Both the position numbers and the translations under genes were made by a program. The notes under the pieces were generated by a model. It saw only the letters and a program-made list of their open reading frames with translations. It was not told where the DNA came from and ran no database searches. Of a stretch of DNA of 64,000 bases, positions 36,827 to 47,175 are shown one piece after another. Numbering within the stretch: position 1 is the stretch's first letter; each line of letters starts with the position of its first letter. The stretch covers positions 1 to 64,000 of the IMG/VR virus record IMGVR_UViG_3300049044_000033, one strand, 5' to 3'. The stretch is from a virus. Taxonomy: Duplodnaviria; Heunggongvirae; Uroviricota; Caudoviricetes.

Positions 36827-37672
36827 AAGACTCTCTATAGCGGAGACTCAAAAGGTTTGTCACTATAGAGCTACATCATACTCTATAGAGGCAAAACTAC
36901 CCGCTAACCCATCGTGGGTCATTAACCCATAGTCCTCACTATAGAGAGTAACTCTATCTGTTAGGGTTAACGGTTAAGCATACTGATAACCGGAGTTGAG
37001 GAAAGGTCTAAAAGAGGTGATATATTGGCTATTTTTCCACCTATTTTCTGGGTAAGAATAGGGCTTAAGGTTTCCATGTTTGCTGGACTTTGGAGAATGA
37101 CTGGAGGAGGCAATGGAGAAAATAATTCTCCTGATAGACGCCGTCTTTTTTGGTGGTTTTGACGCCTTTTATTCACACCAATATTTTCCTCTATAGAGGA
37201 CTCTGAGTACGGGAGAGTCTCTATAGTAGTCTATAGTGGGTTCTATAGGCTTTACTCTACTTCTACACTATAGTGGACAGACGAGTCTTTCTGAGTGATC
37301 TATAGAGACTTATTACTATAGCTGTCACTATAGTGGTTATCTGGGTCTATGCTAGTTCTGACAATGGCGATTGTTAGTCTAGCAGTAAAGTCTCCATGGG
37401 GGTGGTTCGGGGACTTGTGGCTTTATAGAGGAATGGCATATGTGTCCAGTCTGAAAAGCGCGCAAGCGCGCTATCATTCGTAGAGGAGGTGATTGCGGAG
37501 ATTTCTACATTCTCTGGCAGCTTTTGGGAAAATAGTGGGAGGAGGATTGTGGCGCGTTTTGTCAACTCTATAGTGGATTTTGAGAGTTCCACTGGCCGTT
37601 CTCACTATAGTTTATTTATGCTCAAACTATGTAGTTTTTGAGGGCTCTGAAAAATATTTTTCCACTATAGTT
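36827..37672. repeat. Non-coding region with 15 CTATAG palindromes (consensus CWCTATAGWG); origin candidate
   Basis: CTATAG at 36835, 36863, 36883, 36939, 37191, 37221, 37231, 37243, 37268, 37300, 37316, 37328, 37568, 37605, 37665. Confidence 0.8.
36834..36863 (-). promoter_or_regulatory. Possible promoter of the minus-strand array
   Basis: GTGACA-N18-TATAGA-N7-ATG(36826); no SD. Confidence 0.45.
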
Positions 37673-38014
37673 TTACTTGTGACCAGCTGCTAGGTCCACT
37701 ATAGAGACGTTCTGGGCGCGTTCTTCCTCTATTGCGTTTTCTCGGAGAGTTTGGCTCAACACCACAGTCTCGGCTCTATACTGGTCGATCACTTCTTTCA
37801 AACCTTTCAAGTAAATCTGTCCAAATGCTTCTGGGTTGTTCTCTAGATATTCTGCCACTTCAAAGAGTTCTCGGGCGCGTGGAGGGAAGAGGTTTGCCCA
37901 GTCGGCAAATCCTCGCTCTATAGTGTTGATGTAATGGAAAACTCTCTGGCGTGTGAGTCGTTCTTGCGTTTCTGCGTCTATTGCGGCTTCTGGGCCTTGG
38001 TAATAAGTGGTCAT
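37673..38014 (-). CDS. Hypothetical helical protein
   Basis: ATG 38014 after GGAGG; contains two more CTATAG copies. Confidence 0.6.
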   Translation of the reverse strand: MTTYYQGPEAAIDAETQERLTRQRVFHYINTIERGFADWANLFPPRARELFEVAEYLENNPEAFGQIYLKGLKEVIDQYRAETVVLSQTLRENAIEEERAQNVSIVDLAAGHK

Positions 38015-38086
38015 TCTTTCCTCCATCTGTCTAATTAGCAGACTGCGTCTGCCTCATTTGTGGAGGAGGGTTTCTCCATTCTAGTC

Positions 38087-38120
38087 AAAAGAAAACCCGA
38101 GGCTTTTTACTTCCTCGGGT
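38087..38120 (-). terminator. Intrinsic terminator after the tail fiber operon
   Basis: ACCCGAGG...CCTCGGGT followed by TTTCTTTT. Confidence 0.75.
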
Positions 38121-38142
38121 CATCTTTATTCTAGGGCGCGTC

Positions 38143-39549
38143 TTAGTTACGCAGGACCACTCGTGCTCTGCTAGGAGTAGTATCCACGCCTTGCTCGAAA
38201 TCTGGTGTAGAAAATACCAGATAGTCTCCAACAGTTAAACTTAGATCTGCGCTTACTGGGATATCAATAGTACCAGTAGTCGATCCCGACAAGAAAGTAA
38301 CAGTGCCAATAGTAACTCCATTCTTTTTAATAGGGAAGATAAGATCAATATCACCCGGTTCATCAGCTATTGCTATTGAATTAGCCAACACAATAGTAAA
38401 ATTGGAGATAGCCATATTAGTAACAGGTTCGACAATTAGGAATGTTTGAACCGCAAATACTTGTGGAGTTTCTGAGACTTCAACTGCATCAATGTTATCC
38501 TGAAGAGTATCAAGTGCCGTCTGCAAGCCAGTGATGTCGGCAATTGCGTGACCATGACCAGTTGGAGACTTACCGTCTAGTTCTCCCTGAAGACCATTCA
38601 CATCCTCAATCTCATGACTGTGAGTCTTTGCTGCGACCACATCAAGCAAGTCAGTAATGTCAGCGGCCACATGAGTATGAACAGTATTCGCTTTGGTCGC
38701 CAATCCAGTAGCCAAGTCATCACTTTCAAGCTTCAAGTCCAAGGCTGCTTGTAGGCCCTCAATATTCTCAACGCCAAATGCTCCGCCAACATTCATCTTG
38801 TTATCGAGTTCTGACTGAAGTCCAGTAACATCAGAGATCGCGTGGGTGTGAACTGTGGCTGCTTTGCCGTCAAGTGCTGCCTGGGTCAGAGTGCTAATTG
38901 GCTTATCTGCGTCAGCAGTATTATTGACGTTCGAGAGACCAATGACGCTCTTTACTTGGGTGGAGGTTAGTTCCTCTGCTGCACCACTTCCCGTTGTATT
39001 GCGACCCAATAGCCTCTGGGTTGCCATCTGAATGTCAGCTGGTACATGGGTGTGAGTGGTTGCTGCCTTACCATTTAGAGCAGTCTGTGTCGCGCTGCTA
39101 ATTGGCTTATCTGCGTCAGTGGTATTGTCCACATTAGCCAAGCCAACTGCTGCCTTGTTGAGTGTTGCCCAAGTCTTGTCACCCTTCCAATACTGTCCAG
39201 TCGTGCCGGCCGCGATGGTAGGCTCTTTGCTGTTCAGAGCCGTTTGGGCTGCGGTGCTAATTGGCTTGTCGGCATCCGCGGTGTTGTTTACCTGATCCAG
39301 TGCCAACATTGATTTAACCGAGGTGCTATTCAGAGCAGCCACTGCACCACTAGTGGATGCAGTGCGTCCAACCAGTGCCGGACCAGTCATTGTCAGACCC
39401 GAGGTAGTGATGCTACCCTGATCTACCTTAGTGTCAAGATCAGTATAGACTTCATCAAAGTTGCTGTTGGTTTTGATGAAAGCGTCACGTAGTCCTTCAC
39501 CGTCGCCAGCATTGGCGCTAGTGCCAACATTGATAGTTTGCTTTGCCAT
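38143..39549 (-). CDS. Tail fiber protein
   Basis: T4 gp9/gp10-like N-terminus (KQTINVG..AN.G.G..LRDAF.K.N.NF.E.Y); GLxNVxNTxDADKPIS and HxHxIxDxxGLQ repeats. Confidence 0.85.
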   Translation of the reverse strand: MAKQTINVGTSANAGDGEGLRDAFIKTNSNFDEVYTDLDTKVDQGSITTSGLTMTGPALVGRTASTSGAVAALNSTSVKSMLALDQVNNTADADKPISTAAQTALNSKEPTIAAGTTGQYWKGDKTWATLNKAAVGLANVDNTTDADKPISSATQTALNGKAATTHTHVPADIQMATQRLLGRNTTGSGAAEELTSTQVKSVIGLSNVNNTADADKPISTLTQAALDGKAATVHTHAISDVTGLQSELDNKMNVGGAFGVENIEGLQAALDLKLESDDLATGLATKANTVHTHVAADITDLLDVVAAKTHSHEIEDVNGLQGELDGKSPTGHGHAIADITGLQTALDTLQDNIDAVEVSETPQVFAVQTFLIVEPVTNMAISNFTIVLANSIAIADEPGDIDLIFPIKKNGVTIGTVTFLSGSTTGTIDIPVSADLSLTVGDYLVFSTPDFEQGVDTTPSRARVVLRN

Positions 39550-39574
39550 GTTGTTCTCCTTTGCTTATGGCGAC

Positions 39575-42500
39575 TTAGGTATTCTTACCAGTTGTATCCA
39601 CTGTATTGTCATCCACCTTGATCAAATTGGTGTCGCTGGTTAGTTCAGCTTCACTCAACTTTGTATCATCAAGGTCACCAAAGAGGTCCCAAGTATTTGC
39701 GGCCACCTTGGTCAATGTTGCTTGGCTGAATTGCTTGCGGAGGTATCGTCCCACTGGAGTATTGATCACCACACCAGCTGCTGGAACAATTTCCGTCTGC
39801 CCCGTTCCAATCTGAACCACTTTGATCTCTGTGCCAACCGCAAAGCCTACACTCGCGTTAGTGGGCACAACCACTTGATTGTTAGAGCTGTTGGAGCGAC
39901 GAATATAAGCACCGGCATCATTTGCAGTCAGGGTATAGGCCAGACCAGTCTGAGGTGTTACCTTCATCGTACCAGCGTCGGCCATCCTCTGGCCAACCCA
40001 CTTCCTCAAACGTGAGAAGTAACGGAAGAGGTAGAATGTCAAACCATTAGGGCTGCTGTTGACCGCAGTAGTGGTCAACCAAGTAATTCCCTGACTCAAG
40101 TCATCTTGGAAAGTAACGTTCCTGCCACCATTCACATCCTGCTTGATGATAATGAGCACTTCACTATACATCTCACCACTTGTAGGTAGAGGTCCAGGTG
40201 CGTAGGTAGTGGCAAGTGGTGTCTTGATCGTAATAGTGGAACTTCCAGTTAGAGTAACTTGGAAGGACTTACCCGAGTTGGGATCAATAACACCACCATC
40301 GACCACACTATTATCATCTTCATAACGAAGATTTGCACCGCTTGCGGTGTAGTGGGCAAGGAAGTGACCTTCATCTGGCTGAACATCATAAGCCATTCTT
40401 GGACCACTAATAAAGTCCTGATCAGAACGCCTCTTGACTCGATTAAATGACCACTCACAGTTGCCGCTCTTGTAAAGCTTAGAGAACACGCCCTCGTAAG
40501 AGAATATCACGTTGTTGAGTTCAAGACGACTTACACCACTATTGTTGTTAGCCGTGCTGTAAAGACCCACTGTGTAGTTCACTATAGTATCAGGTTGCTC
40601 TTCTCTAGCCTGAACGTAAATGGTCTTGAGGCTTTCTCCCGCATTATCAGGGTCATCAATAGTATTACCCTGAGGATCAAGGAGGAATACTTCAATGATG
40701 TTATCATCTTCATCCATATTAACCACTGGATCGTCATTCTGATCCAGTACGAATACAGGTTCACCATTCTCCCAAATAGGTAGGCTGGGATTATTGATGC
40801 TGATTGTATAAGACTCAGGAGCAATCGCACCGATATTCTCCATCTTGAGAATACCACCATTGTGACGAATACCCTTCATCAGAGGGGCACCACTTACCAA
40901 TGTGTCAGTTCCATTTGAAACTTCAAGACCCGTCCAGCCACCGCTTGGTAGGCCCGAGTTCTGGAATACTACTCGTCCACCATCATCGCTGAAAATTCGA
41001 TTAGAAATCTTACCCTGGACCATGCAATTAGTAAAGGTCACATCGCCAACAATTATACCATCTAAGTCGATAACTGGTAGATCTGATTTATCTCCACTTC
41101 CACGTAGGAAATCACAATCCTTGATTTCAGCTGAGCTTACACCATCGACAATCGAGAAAGTAGGTCGGAAATCATTAGTGTCCGCAAAACTTGTATCAAC
41201 TGAGATATTGTTCATCAGGAAACGTTCAACATTGAACATAACCTGCAGATAACCCTTTACTACTGACTTAGTGGAACCAAAGAAGCCCTCTAACGCAATA
41301 TTGGTCTTATCAACGATTTGAACATCTTCTTCATAGATGCCACCAAGTAACATAATGGTGTAGATATTATTGGTGCTATTATTAGGGATACTCTGAAGAG
41401 CCTTATTAATAGTCTGATAAGGATCGTTCAGTGAACCGTTTCCACTTGTATCATCACCTGCGCTACTGACAAACAAAGTGTTGGGAATGACTTGATAGAA
41501 CTGAGCAGGGCTACTCCAAATGAGAGTATTGGATGGTCCAACAGTGAGGTATTGCCCGGAAGTTCCTGAGCCTACTGGCCACTGAAGTCCATTGAACTCC
41601 ATAGAGGGTGCCGAGAGAACAATGGGCGCACCTGCGCTACCCTGTAACATGATTCCATCTTCCCTCACGCTGACGGTGCTCTTAGGGGCGCTATCGGCGC
41701 TCAAGAGGCGAACACCTCCACTGTTAGAGCTAGTGAGGTAGAAATTCTTTAGATCCAAGTTGCCGCCAAGCTCTGGATCAACATCGGCTGCTACCTTGAC
41801 AATCTTGCTCTGAAGGTTCGCAAAGGTCACCTTCTTGGGCAAGTGGTCAGATGAACCCTGCCAGATAAACAGGTCATCATTACCAATATTGGAACTCTCA
41901 GTTGCGTTGCTGAGGTCTAGCTTGACTGTTGGTGTAACTGGATCGGAATCAACAGCAATGCCCTCACCAGCAGTAATACCAGATACTGTGCCAGTGTTCG
42001 CTGTAACCCACTGGAAGGCGCCGCCTGTGAATACTAGGTTGTAGGAGCCATTACCCGTTGGTGCGCTGAGGGTGGTGCTCTTGTTGGAAGCGCCGCCGAT
42101 AAGAAGTCCACCAGTCTCAAGAGTCTGATTCAACAAGCCATATGAAATGGTTTGCTTGCCCGTAGCAGTGAGGCGTCCCAATGCGTTAAAGGTAAAGGTT
42201 GGGAGAACAAATGTTCCCGAACCCGATCCTAGTCCTGAGGTTTCACTCCCGATCTGTGATCCAGTTGCATGACCCGCCGCCCAAGTGATAACATGGTCAG
42301 ATAGTGTCGTGGCAACTACTCTACCTTTGTTGTCGAGGGTAATGCTAATGTCTTTGGTCGCACTATTGAGGATTAGTTCGCCATTGTAGATTGAAGCCAA
42401 AGACATCGTGACTTCAATGACCGGATCGGCTGATCCAACCACAACTGCGCTTCCAAGTGTAGGCGTGGTACCTAGGGCATCACCCAAGAACTTTACTTGG

Positions 42501-42652
42501 GTCTTTTGAATTTTATCCAGTTCATCACTGGCCTGGAACAATGCCTGCTGAGTTACGGCAGTGTTATCCCTAAATCCTTGCGAGCTGTTATTCACGCCGG
42601 CGATAGGAAAGTCGGGATTTAGATTATTTGCTCTATTGCGAACGTCGCTCAT
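39575..42652 (-). CDS. Tail fiber/spike protein with beta-helix (pectin lyase-like) region
   Basis: FPIAGVNNSSQGFRDN N-terminus; LFVSSAGDDTSGNGSLNDPYQTINKAL; C-terminal VPTNASV.F.VGT...WDLFGDL domain. Confidence 0.78.
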   Translation of the reverse strand: MSDVRNRANNLNPDFPIAGVNNSSQGFRDNTAVTQQALFQASDELDKIQKTQVKFLGDALGTTPTLGSAVVVGSADPVIEVTMSLASIYNGELILNSATKDISITLDNKGRVVATTLSDHVITWAAGHATGSQIGSETSGLGSGSGTFVLPTFTFNALGRLTATGKQTISYGLLNQTLETGGLLIGGASNKSTTLSAPTGNGSYNLVFTGGAFQWVTANTGTVSGITAGEGIAVDSDPVTPTVKLDLSNATESSNIGNDDLFIWQGSSDHLPKKVTFANLQSKIVKVAADVDPELGGNLDLKNFYLTSSNSGGVRLLSADSAPKSTVSVREDGIMLQGSAGAPIVLSAPSMEFNGLQWPVGSGTSGQYLTVGPSNTLIWSSPAQFYQVIPNTLFVSSAGDDTSGNGSLNDPYQTINKALQSIPNNSTNNIYTIMLLGGIYEEDVQIVDKTNIALEGFFGSTKSVVKGYLQVMFNVERFLMNNISVDTSFADTNDFRPTFSIVDGVSSAEIKDCDFLRGSGDKSDLPVIDLDGIIVGDVTFTNCMVQGKISNRIFSDDGGRVVFQNSGLPSGGWTGLEVSNGTDTLVSGAPLMKGIRHNGGILKMENIGAIAPESYTISINNPSLPIWENGEPVFVLDQNDDPVVNMDEDDNIIEVFLLDPQGNTIDDPDNAGESLKTIYVQAREEQPDTIVNYTVGLYSTANNNSGVSRLELNNVIFSYEGVFSKLYKSGNCEWSFNRVKRRSDQDFISGPRMAYDVQPDEGHFLAHYTASGANLRYEDDNSVVDGGVIDPNSGKSFQVTLTGSSTITIKTPLATTYAPGPLPTSGEMYSEVLIIIKQDVNGGRNVTFQDDLSQGITWLTTTAVNSSPNGLTFYLFRYFSRLRKWVGQRMADAGTMKVTPQTGLAYTLTANDAGAYIRRSNSSNNQVVVPTNASVGFAVGTEIKVVQIGTGQTEIVPAAGVVINTPVGRYLRKQFSQATLTKVAANTWDLFGDLDDTKLSEAELTSDTNLIKVDDNTVDTTGKNT

Positions 42653-42667
42653 TCGATCCTCTTCCTC

Positions 42668-44665
42668 TTAAATATCGCCAGGTGGAAATTTGTAGTATTT
42701 ACTCTCCGACTTCAAAGCGCGGTCAAAAGTCGTTGGCGTAGTCGTTGGGGTGTCTGGGTTTTCTGGACCGTCAAAAATGATAATATCTAGGAAGCTCAAT
42801 TCTTCTGAGTCATCGTCCTTGGCATCACCGTCCATATCATTGTAGAATGTGGTTGCTGAGAAGCCATCGCTCAATAGTAGGTATCTATCTACCTCAATTG
42901 TGCTACCCTGGAGGTCTTCATTCATACCAGCAGTCTCGAGGGCTTTGACTATTGCGGGACCACTTCCTGATCTCACGTAGGCAAGTTCAATAGCAGCCTG
43001 GTAGCCAAGAACCGTTGAGGGCTTTCCAAGTTCTTGCTCACACATCATCCAAAGTGGTAAACCTTCTCGGCCTAATATACCAAGACCTGCTTGACCGGCT
43101 AGGCGGTTTGCGGTATTGATAAGATCCAGACGCAAGTTCTTTATGCTGTTTGGATAGTATTGATTTTGATCAGCAGGGAGGTTCCATTGATTAATGGCAG
43201 TAGGGTTCTGACCCGCAACATATCTTGGTAGGTGTTCTTCCCTCTGGATAGAATTAAAACCACCTGCACCTTCCATAGGATCCACAATAGTCATGTAGAT
43301 GACATCGTAGATGTGAGTTCCTTCTGGAGAGCGAGCCTTTGCGCTCTTGATCTGTCCTACCCTCAAGGTTGTAGGATGGTGGTAATCCTTGAGGTAATCC
43401 AGCAAACCTCCACTATAGTTGAGACCATTAGTGAGTAGGATTTTGTAATCACGCTTTCTACCAAAGTAAACATCAGAACGCCTAAAGAGATTATCCCATC
43501 CCAATATAGTGAGTTTGTCCTGAGTTCTCAGTTCTGCTTGGTTACCCCAAACCCAACGAGCCAGTTTCTCTCTGATTAGTGGAGAGACATTAATCTGAAG
43601 ACTGGTAGTAGATTCGGAAATAAAGATGTTCCTGATCGTGATACTAAAGGTGCGTTCGCCCGCAATAGTCGACTGGCGGATAGCACCAGTTTCATTGTGA
43701 ACGAATACCACCCTTGCTTCAACGGTGAATTCAAATGTCTTGTTAATGGTCACGTAGGGACAGCGACCAATAATCAATCCTGACATTGGGTCGAGCAATA
43801 AACCATCGGGTAGTGGTTTGCTCTTTGGTGTAATGGTATATTGAATGGTCTGACTCTCTAGGGAGTTCAAGCCACTGACCTCATATTGAGGAACTGCTTT
43901 AACTGCAAAGTGACTTGGGTAGGTCTCGTAAGTCGACCCTAGACTTCCCGCAGGCGTCTCCCAACGCACCGCGTCAGACAAACGGGCATCCAACACTATC
44001 TCAGTGCCAATGGTGAGGCGATAGATCTTCTCAGAAGTCCTTGGCGAACCTTCTTCGCGTGGGTTGCTCAAGAGATCATCAGGATCTCGAGCATAAACCC
44101 TGAAGTAATAGTCTCCAGGCTTATTGCCTGTAATATTGGGTGATCCCACGATCCTACCCCTGGAGTCAATTTCAAGTCCTCCGGGTAGACCTTGGAAAGT
44201 ATTAGCCGGACCCACAAAGCCAACTGCTTTATAGACCAGCTTGTCTCGGTCAGGGTTCACAATATCGAGTTGAACCGTAACACCCGAACCTCTGTTGAAC
44301 GTTCCTAGGTATTGAATGCCAGTTGGACTTTCCCAGTGCTGTTCTTCATCAATAGGATTGACAATTAGCTTGAATGACCTGTCATAAGTCCTGGTAGAGT
44401 TCTGGAATGTTACTCGGAAGACTACAGGATATTCAGTTTTATCCTTAGGTAGTTCCTCAATGGTTCCCATGATCTTATTTGAACCGCCATTAAAGAATAG
44501 ACCCAAGGGCAAAGTGCCACCGATCATTGTAATGGCTTCAAAATCACTGAATAGAGGATGAGAAGTATCAAGTTCCAAGTTGACATTCACAACGTCAGCA
44601 CGGCGCCATGGTTCTCCGTCATTCAACAGATCACCGCTTTGTGGTGCTGACCAAATTGTTGCCAT
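42668..44665 (-). CDS. Baseplate wedge-like protein with three complete He_PIG Ig domains
   Basis: LPxGL...GxIxGx P repeats, IYDVIY, IEVDRY, KYYKFP; start ATG 44665 after AGGAGG and AATAAATA. Confidence 0.7.
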   Translation of the reverse strand: MATIWSAPQSGDLLNDGEPWRRADVVNVNLELDTSHPLFSDFEAITMIGGTLPLGLFFNGGSNKIMGTIEELPKDKTEYPVVFRVTFQNSTRTYDRSFKLIVNPIDEEQHWESPTGIQYLGTFNRGSGVTVQLDIVNPDRDKLVYKAVGFVGPANTFQGLPGGLEIDSRGRIVGSPNITGNKPGDYYFRVYARDPDDLLSNPREEGSPRTSEKIYRLTIGTEIVLDARLSDAVRWETPAGSLGSTYETYPSHFAVKAVPQYEVSGLNSLESQTIQYTITPKSKPLPDGLLLDPMSGLIIGRCPYVTINKTFEFTVEARVVFVHNETGAIRQSTIAGERTFSITIRNIFISESTTSLQINVSPLIREKLARWVWGNQAELRTQDKLTILGWDNLFRRSDVYFGRKRDYKILLTNGLNYSGGLLDYLKDYHHPTTLRVGQIKSAKARSPEGTHIYDVIYMTIVDPMEGAGGFNSIQREEHLPRYVAGQNPTAINQWNLPADQNQYYPNSIKNLRLDLINTANRLAGQAGLGILGREGLPLWMMCEQELGKPSTVLGYQAAIELAYVRSGSGPAIVKALETAGMNEDLQGSTIEVDRYLLLSDGFSATTFYNDMDGDAKDDDSEELSFLDIIIFDGPENPDTPTTTPTTFDRALKSESKYYKFPPGDI

Positions 44666-44670
44666 GGAAA

Positions 44671-44767
44671 TCCTCCTACTCCCTATATTTATTGGGTAGA
44701 GGAATGTCATTCTATAGCAGGAAATCTCCACTCTTTGTGTTTTTCTAATACTTCTAGGAGGTAAATA
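44671..44767. promoter_or_regulatory. Divergent late promoters
   Basis: AATAAATA on minus (44686-44693) within an imperfect SD hairpin; GTAAATA on plus (44761-44767). Confidence 0.6.
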
Positions 44768-44788
44768 GAAACGAATTAGGAGGACGAC

Positions 44789-46015
44789 ATGGGTATTAGA
44801 ATCAAAGGTCAATACAAGCCCGTGGGCATGATCAAGTTTAGACGCTCGCTCATCGCTCCAGTGTTTGCCGTCTTACCAAGCATTACCTACAATACTCTCT
44901 TAGTGGGTGATACTTTCACAGCAAATGACGGAACTGCTTCTCCTGCTAATGCGGTAGTAAGTCGTCGCTGGCTCTTGGATGGAGAACAGATCGGAACCGG
45001 CTCCTTTGTAGTCGTAGAAGTTCCTGGTTCGCTCGTCCTAGAGGTAACCTATACTAATGGCGCAGGATCGGTCACTGAAACAACTTCGGCAATTGATATC
45101 GACTATGCGGAACTAGTATTCAGCACTCTCCCAAGCATCAGTTATCCAGATCTATTTGTTGGTAGCACTTTTACGGCAGTGGACGGTGAATGGACTCCAC
45201 TAAATGCTGATATGGAACGCCGCTGGCTACTAGGTGGTGTTGAGATTGGTACTGATGAAACAGTTACACCAGAAGCAGGTGGTATTCTAACACTTGAAGT
45301 GACTATTAGCAATCCAGGTGGTTCGCTGACTAAGACTGCTTCAATCACTATTGCGGCACACCAGCCGGCCTTTACCGTTGATCCAAGCATCTCACCAAAT
45401 GGTGGTCCAATGGGAACTACCTTTACTGGTAATGATGGTACCTACCAGTATGGTACAGTGACTAGCAGGTCTTGGTTGTTTGATGGTCAAGTCATTAATG
45501 GCGCAACCACTGACACTTACATCTCGGATGGCATTGGTCAGGTTTCCTATCGCGTTACTATCACAGGCGCAGGTGGAACTTTAACTAAGACTTCAACTGC
45601 GGTTTCCTCTACTTCAGTTCCTGAAAAGCTCAACCCTCCAGTATGGGCAACACAGACTGGTAACTTGGGAACCTACGCAGAAGGCACTGCGATCAGCATT
45701 CCACTGTTGGTAACTGATCCTGAGAATAACGTTCAGAAGTATGAAATTACCAGTGGAGCACTGCCAAATGGTACCACGATTAACCTAACTACTGGTTTGA
45801 TCTCTGGTACCCTCGCAGAAGTTGTCACCGATACCGTTTACACCTTCACCGTTAAGGTAACTGACAGAACCAACCTGACACTGACTGGAACGTTCTCGAT
45901 TAACGTCGCTAACGTGAAGACCACTGTTGTTTGGGAAACAGATAATAGTTCTGACCTAGCACAGCCTGCTCCAGGTGAAACTATTACTGTGGCCTTGGGA
46001 GCAACGTCTAGCTAA
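44789..46015 (+). CDS. Multi-Ig virion protein ending in a complete He_PIG domain plus an Ig N-terminal stub
   Basis: Three P.IS...VG.TFT..DG...RRWLL.G repeats; C-terminal ~125 aa strongly similar to that of 11519-12541. Confidence 0.8.
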   Translation: MGIRIKGQYKPVGMIKFRRSLIAPVFAVLPSITYNTLLVGDTFTANDGTASPANAVVSRRWLLDGEQIGTGSFVVVEVPGSLVLEVTYTNGAGSVTETTSAIDIDYAELVFSTLPSISYPDLFVGSTFTAVDGEWTPLNADMERRWLLGGVEIGTDETVTPEAGGILTLEVTISNPGGSLTKTASITIAAHQPAFTVDPSISPNGGPMGTTFTGNDGTYQYGTVTSRSWLFDGQVINGATTDTYISDGIGQVSYRVTITGAGGTLTKTSTAVSSTSVPEKLNPPVWATQTGNLGTYAEGTAISIPLLVTDPENNVQKYEITSGALPNGTTINLTTGLISGTLAEVVTDTVYTFTVKVTDRTNLTLTGTFSINVANVKTTVVWETDNSSDLAQPAPGETITVALGATSS

Positions 46016-47163
46016 TGGCTAAGGTTCTATCTATCCGATATACTGTGGTCGACGGCGCGCTTCCTAATGGACTCGCGCTAAACCCTGAAACTGGGGCAAT
46101 CACAGGCAGTCCTGACTATAGTGCTTTGAACCAGGGACCAGTATGGCAAACCGCTTCTGGTAGTCTAGGTACCTATAACGAGAATGATGCTTTTACACCA
46201 GTAACTTTCTCTACCACGACAACACATAGCCCGGTTGTTTTTAGTCTTTCCACCTCTAACGATAAGTTACCTTGGGGGTTGGTTCTTAATCCAACCACTG
46301 GAACTATTTCGGGAACTGTTGCACCACTAAAGCAACGAGTTAAAGAAGCCGGTGTGACCTTCGATGGTCCTACTTGGAACACTCAGTTTGGTAAGCTGGC
46401 TAACTTTGATGAAGGTCAAGTCTCAGCTATCAACTTGTCTGCCACTCCCCTTGGTAGCAGGACGATTAAGGCTTACTCAGTTGTCGAAGGCGACCTTCCA
46501 TTTGGTCTAGTGTTGAACCTAAAGACTGGGGTGATTTCAGGAACTGTTGGACGATTGAAGAACCCTGGTCCATTCGTTGACGTTCCTAAACTACCAGTTC
46601 CTGTGTGGAACCAAGCAGCTGGTAATATTGCGACTATTCACGAGACTGAATCTCTCACTATGTCAATCGGAGCAACACCTGACTCTAGTCGCTCAATGTC
46701 CAAGTATATTATTCGTGAAGGCAACTTACCACTTGGTTTAAAACTCAACATCAATACTGGTGCAATTACTGGAACGGCGGCTTTCCTTCCTTATAAGGAA
46801 GCTGCCTACTATGATTCCACGATGGATCCAGTATTCAGTGACACAGTGACAATTGGCGGATCACCCTCAACCGTAGTGGATCAGGGTAGTTTGGGTTCTT
46901 ATTCAAAAGGTGCTTCAGTCTCGATAGCTCTGAGTGCTACTCCTGCTTCTGGTAGAACTATCAAGAACTATTCGATAACTAATGGAGCATTGCCCTTGGG
47001 CTTGAAGCTCAACGCAACCACTGGGGTAATCTCGGGAACTATTCTCAATAGTGCTTTTGTGGCACTAAAGACTTACAACTTTACAGTAGCGGTTGTCGAT
47101 AAGGATGGAAGTTTCTTCCTACAAAATAATAAGTCAAGAACCTACAAGATTGTAGTTCAGTAA
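46015..47163 (+). CDS. He_PIG repeat scaffold protein A
   Basis: Five LPxGLxLNxxTGxI(S/T)G cores. Confidence 0.85.
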   Translation: MAKVLSIRYTVVDGALPNGLALNPETGAITGSPDYSALNQGPVWQTASGSLGTYNENDAFTPVTFSTTTTHSPVVFSLSTSNDKLPWGLVLNPTTGTISGTVAPLKQRVKEAGVTFDGPTWNTQFGKLANFDEGQVSAINLSATPLGSRTIKAYSVVEGDLPFGLVLNLKTGVISGTVGRLKNPGPFVDVPKLPVPVWNQAAGNIATIHETESLTMSIGATPDSSRSMSKYIIREGNLPLGLKLNINTGAITGTAAFLPYKEAAYYDSTMDPVFSDTVTIGGSPSTVVDQGSLGSYSKGASVSIALSATPASGRTIKNYSITNGALPLGLKLNATTGVISGTILNSAFVALKTYNFTVAVVDKDGSFFLQNNKSRTYKIVVQ

Positions 47164-47175
47164 AGGAATTAAGTC

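Noticed and set aside
36967-37592. ORFs 36967-37176 and 37374-37592
   Set aside because: Non-ATG starts, biased composition, and they lie within the palindrome field
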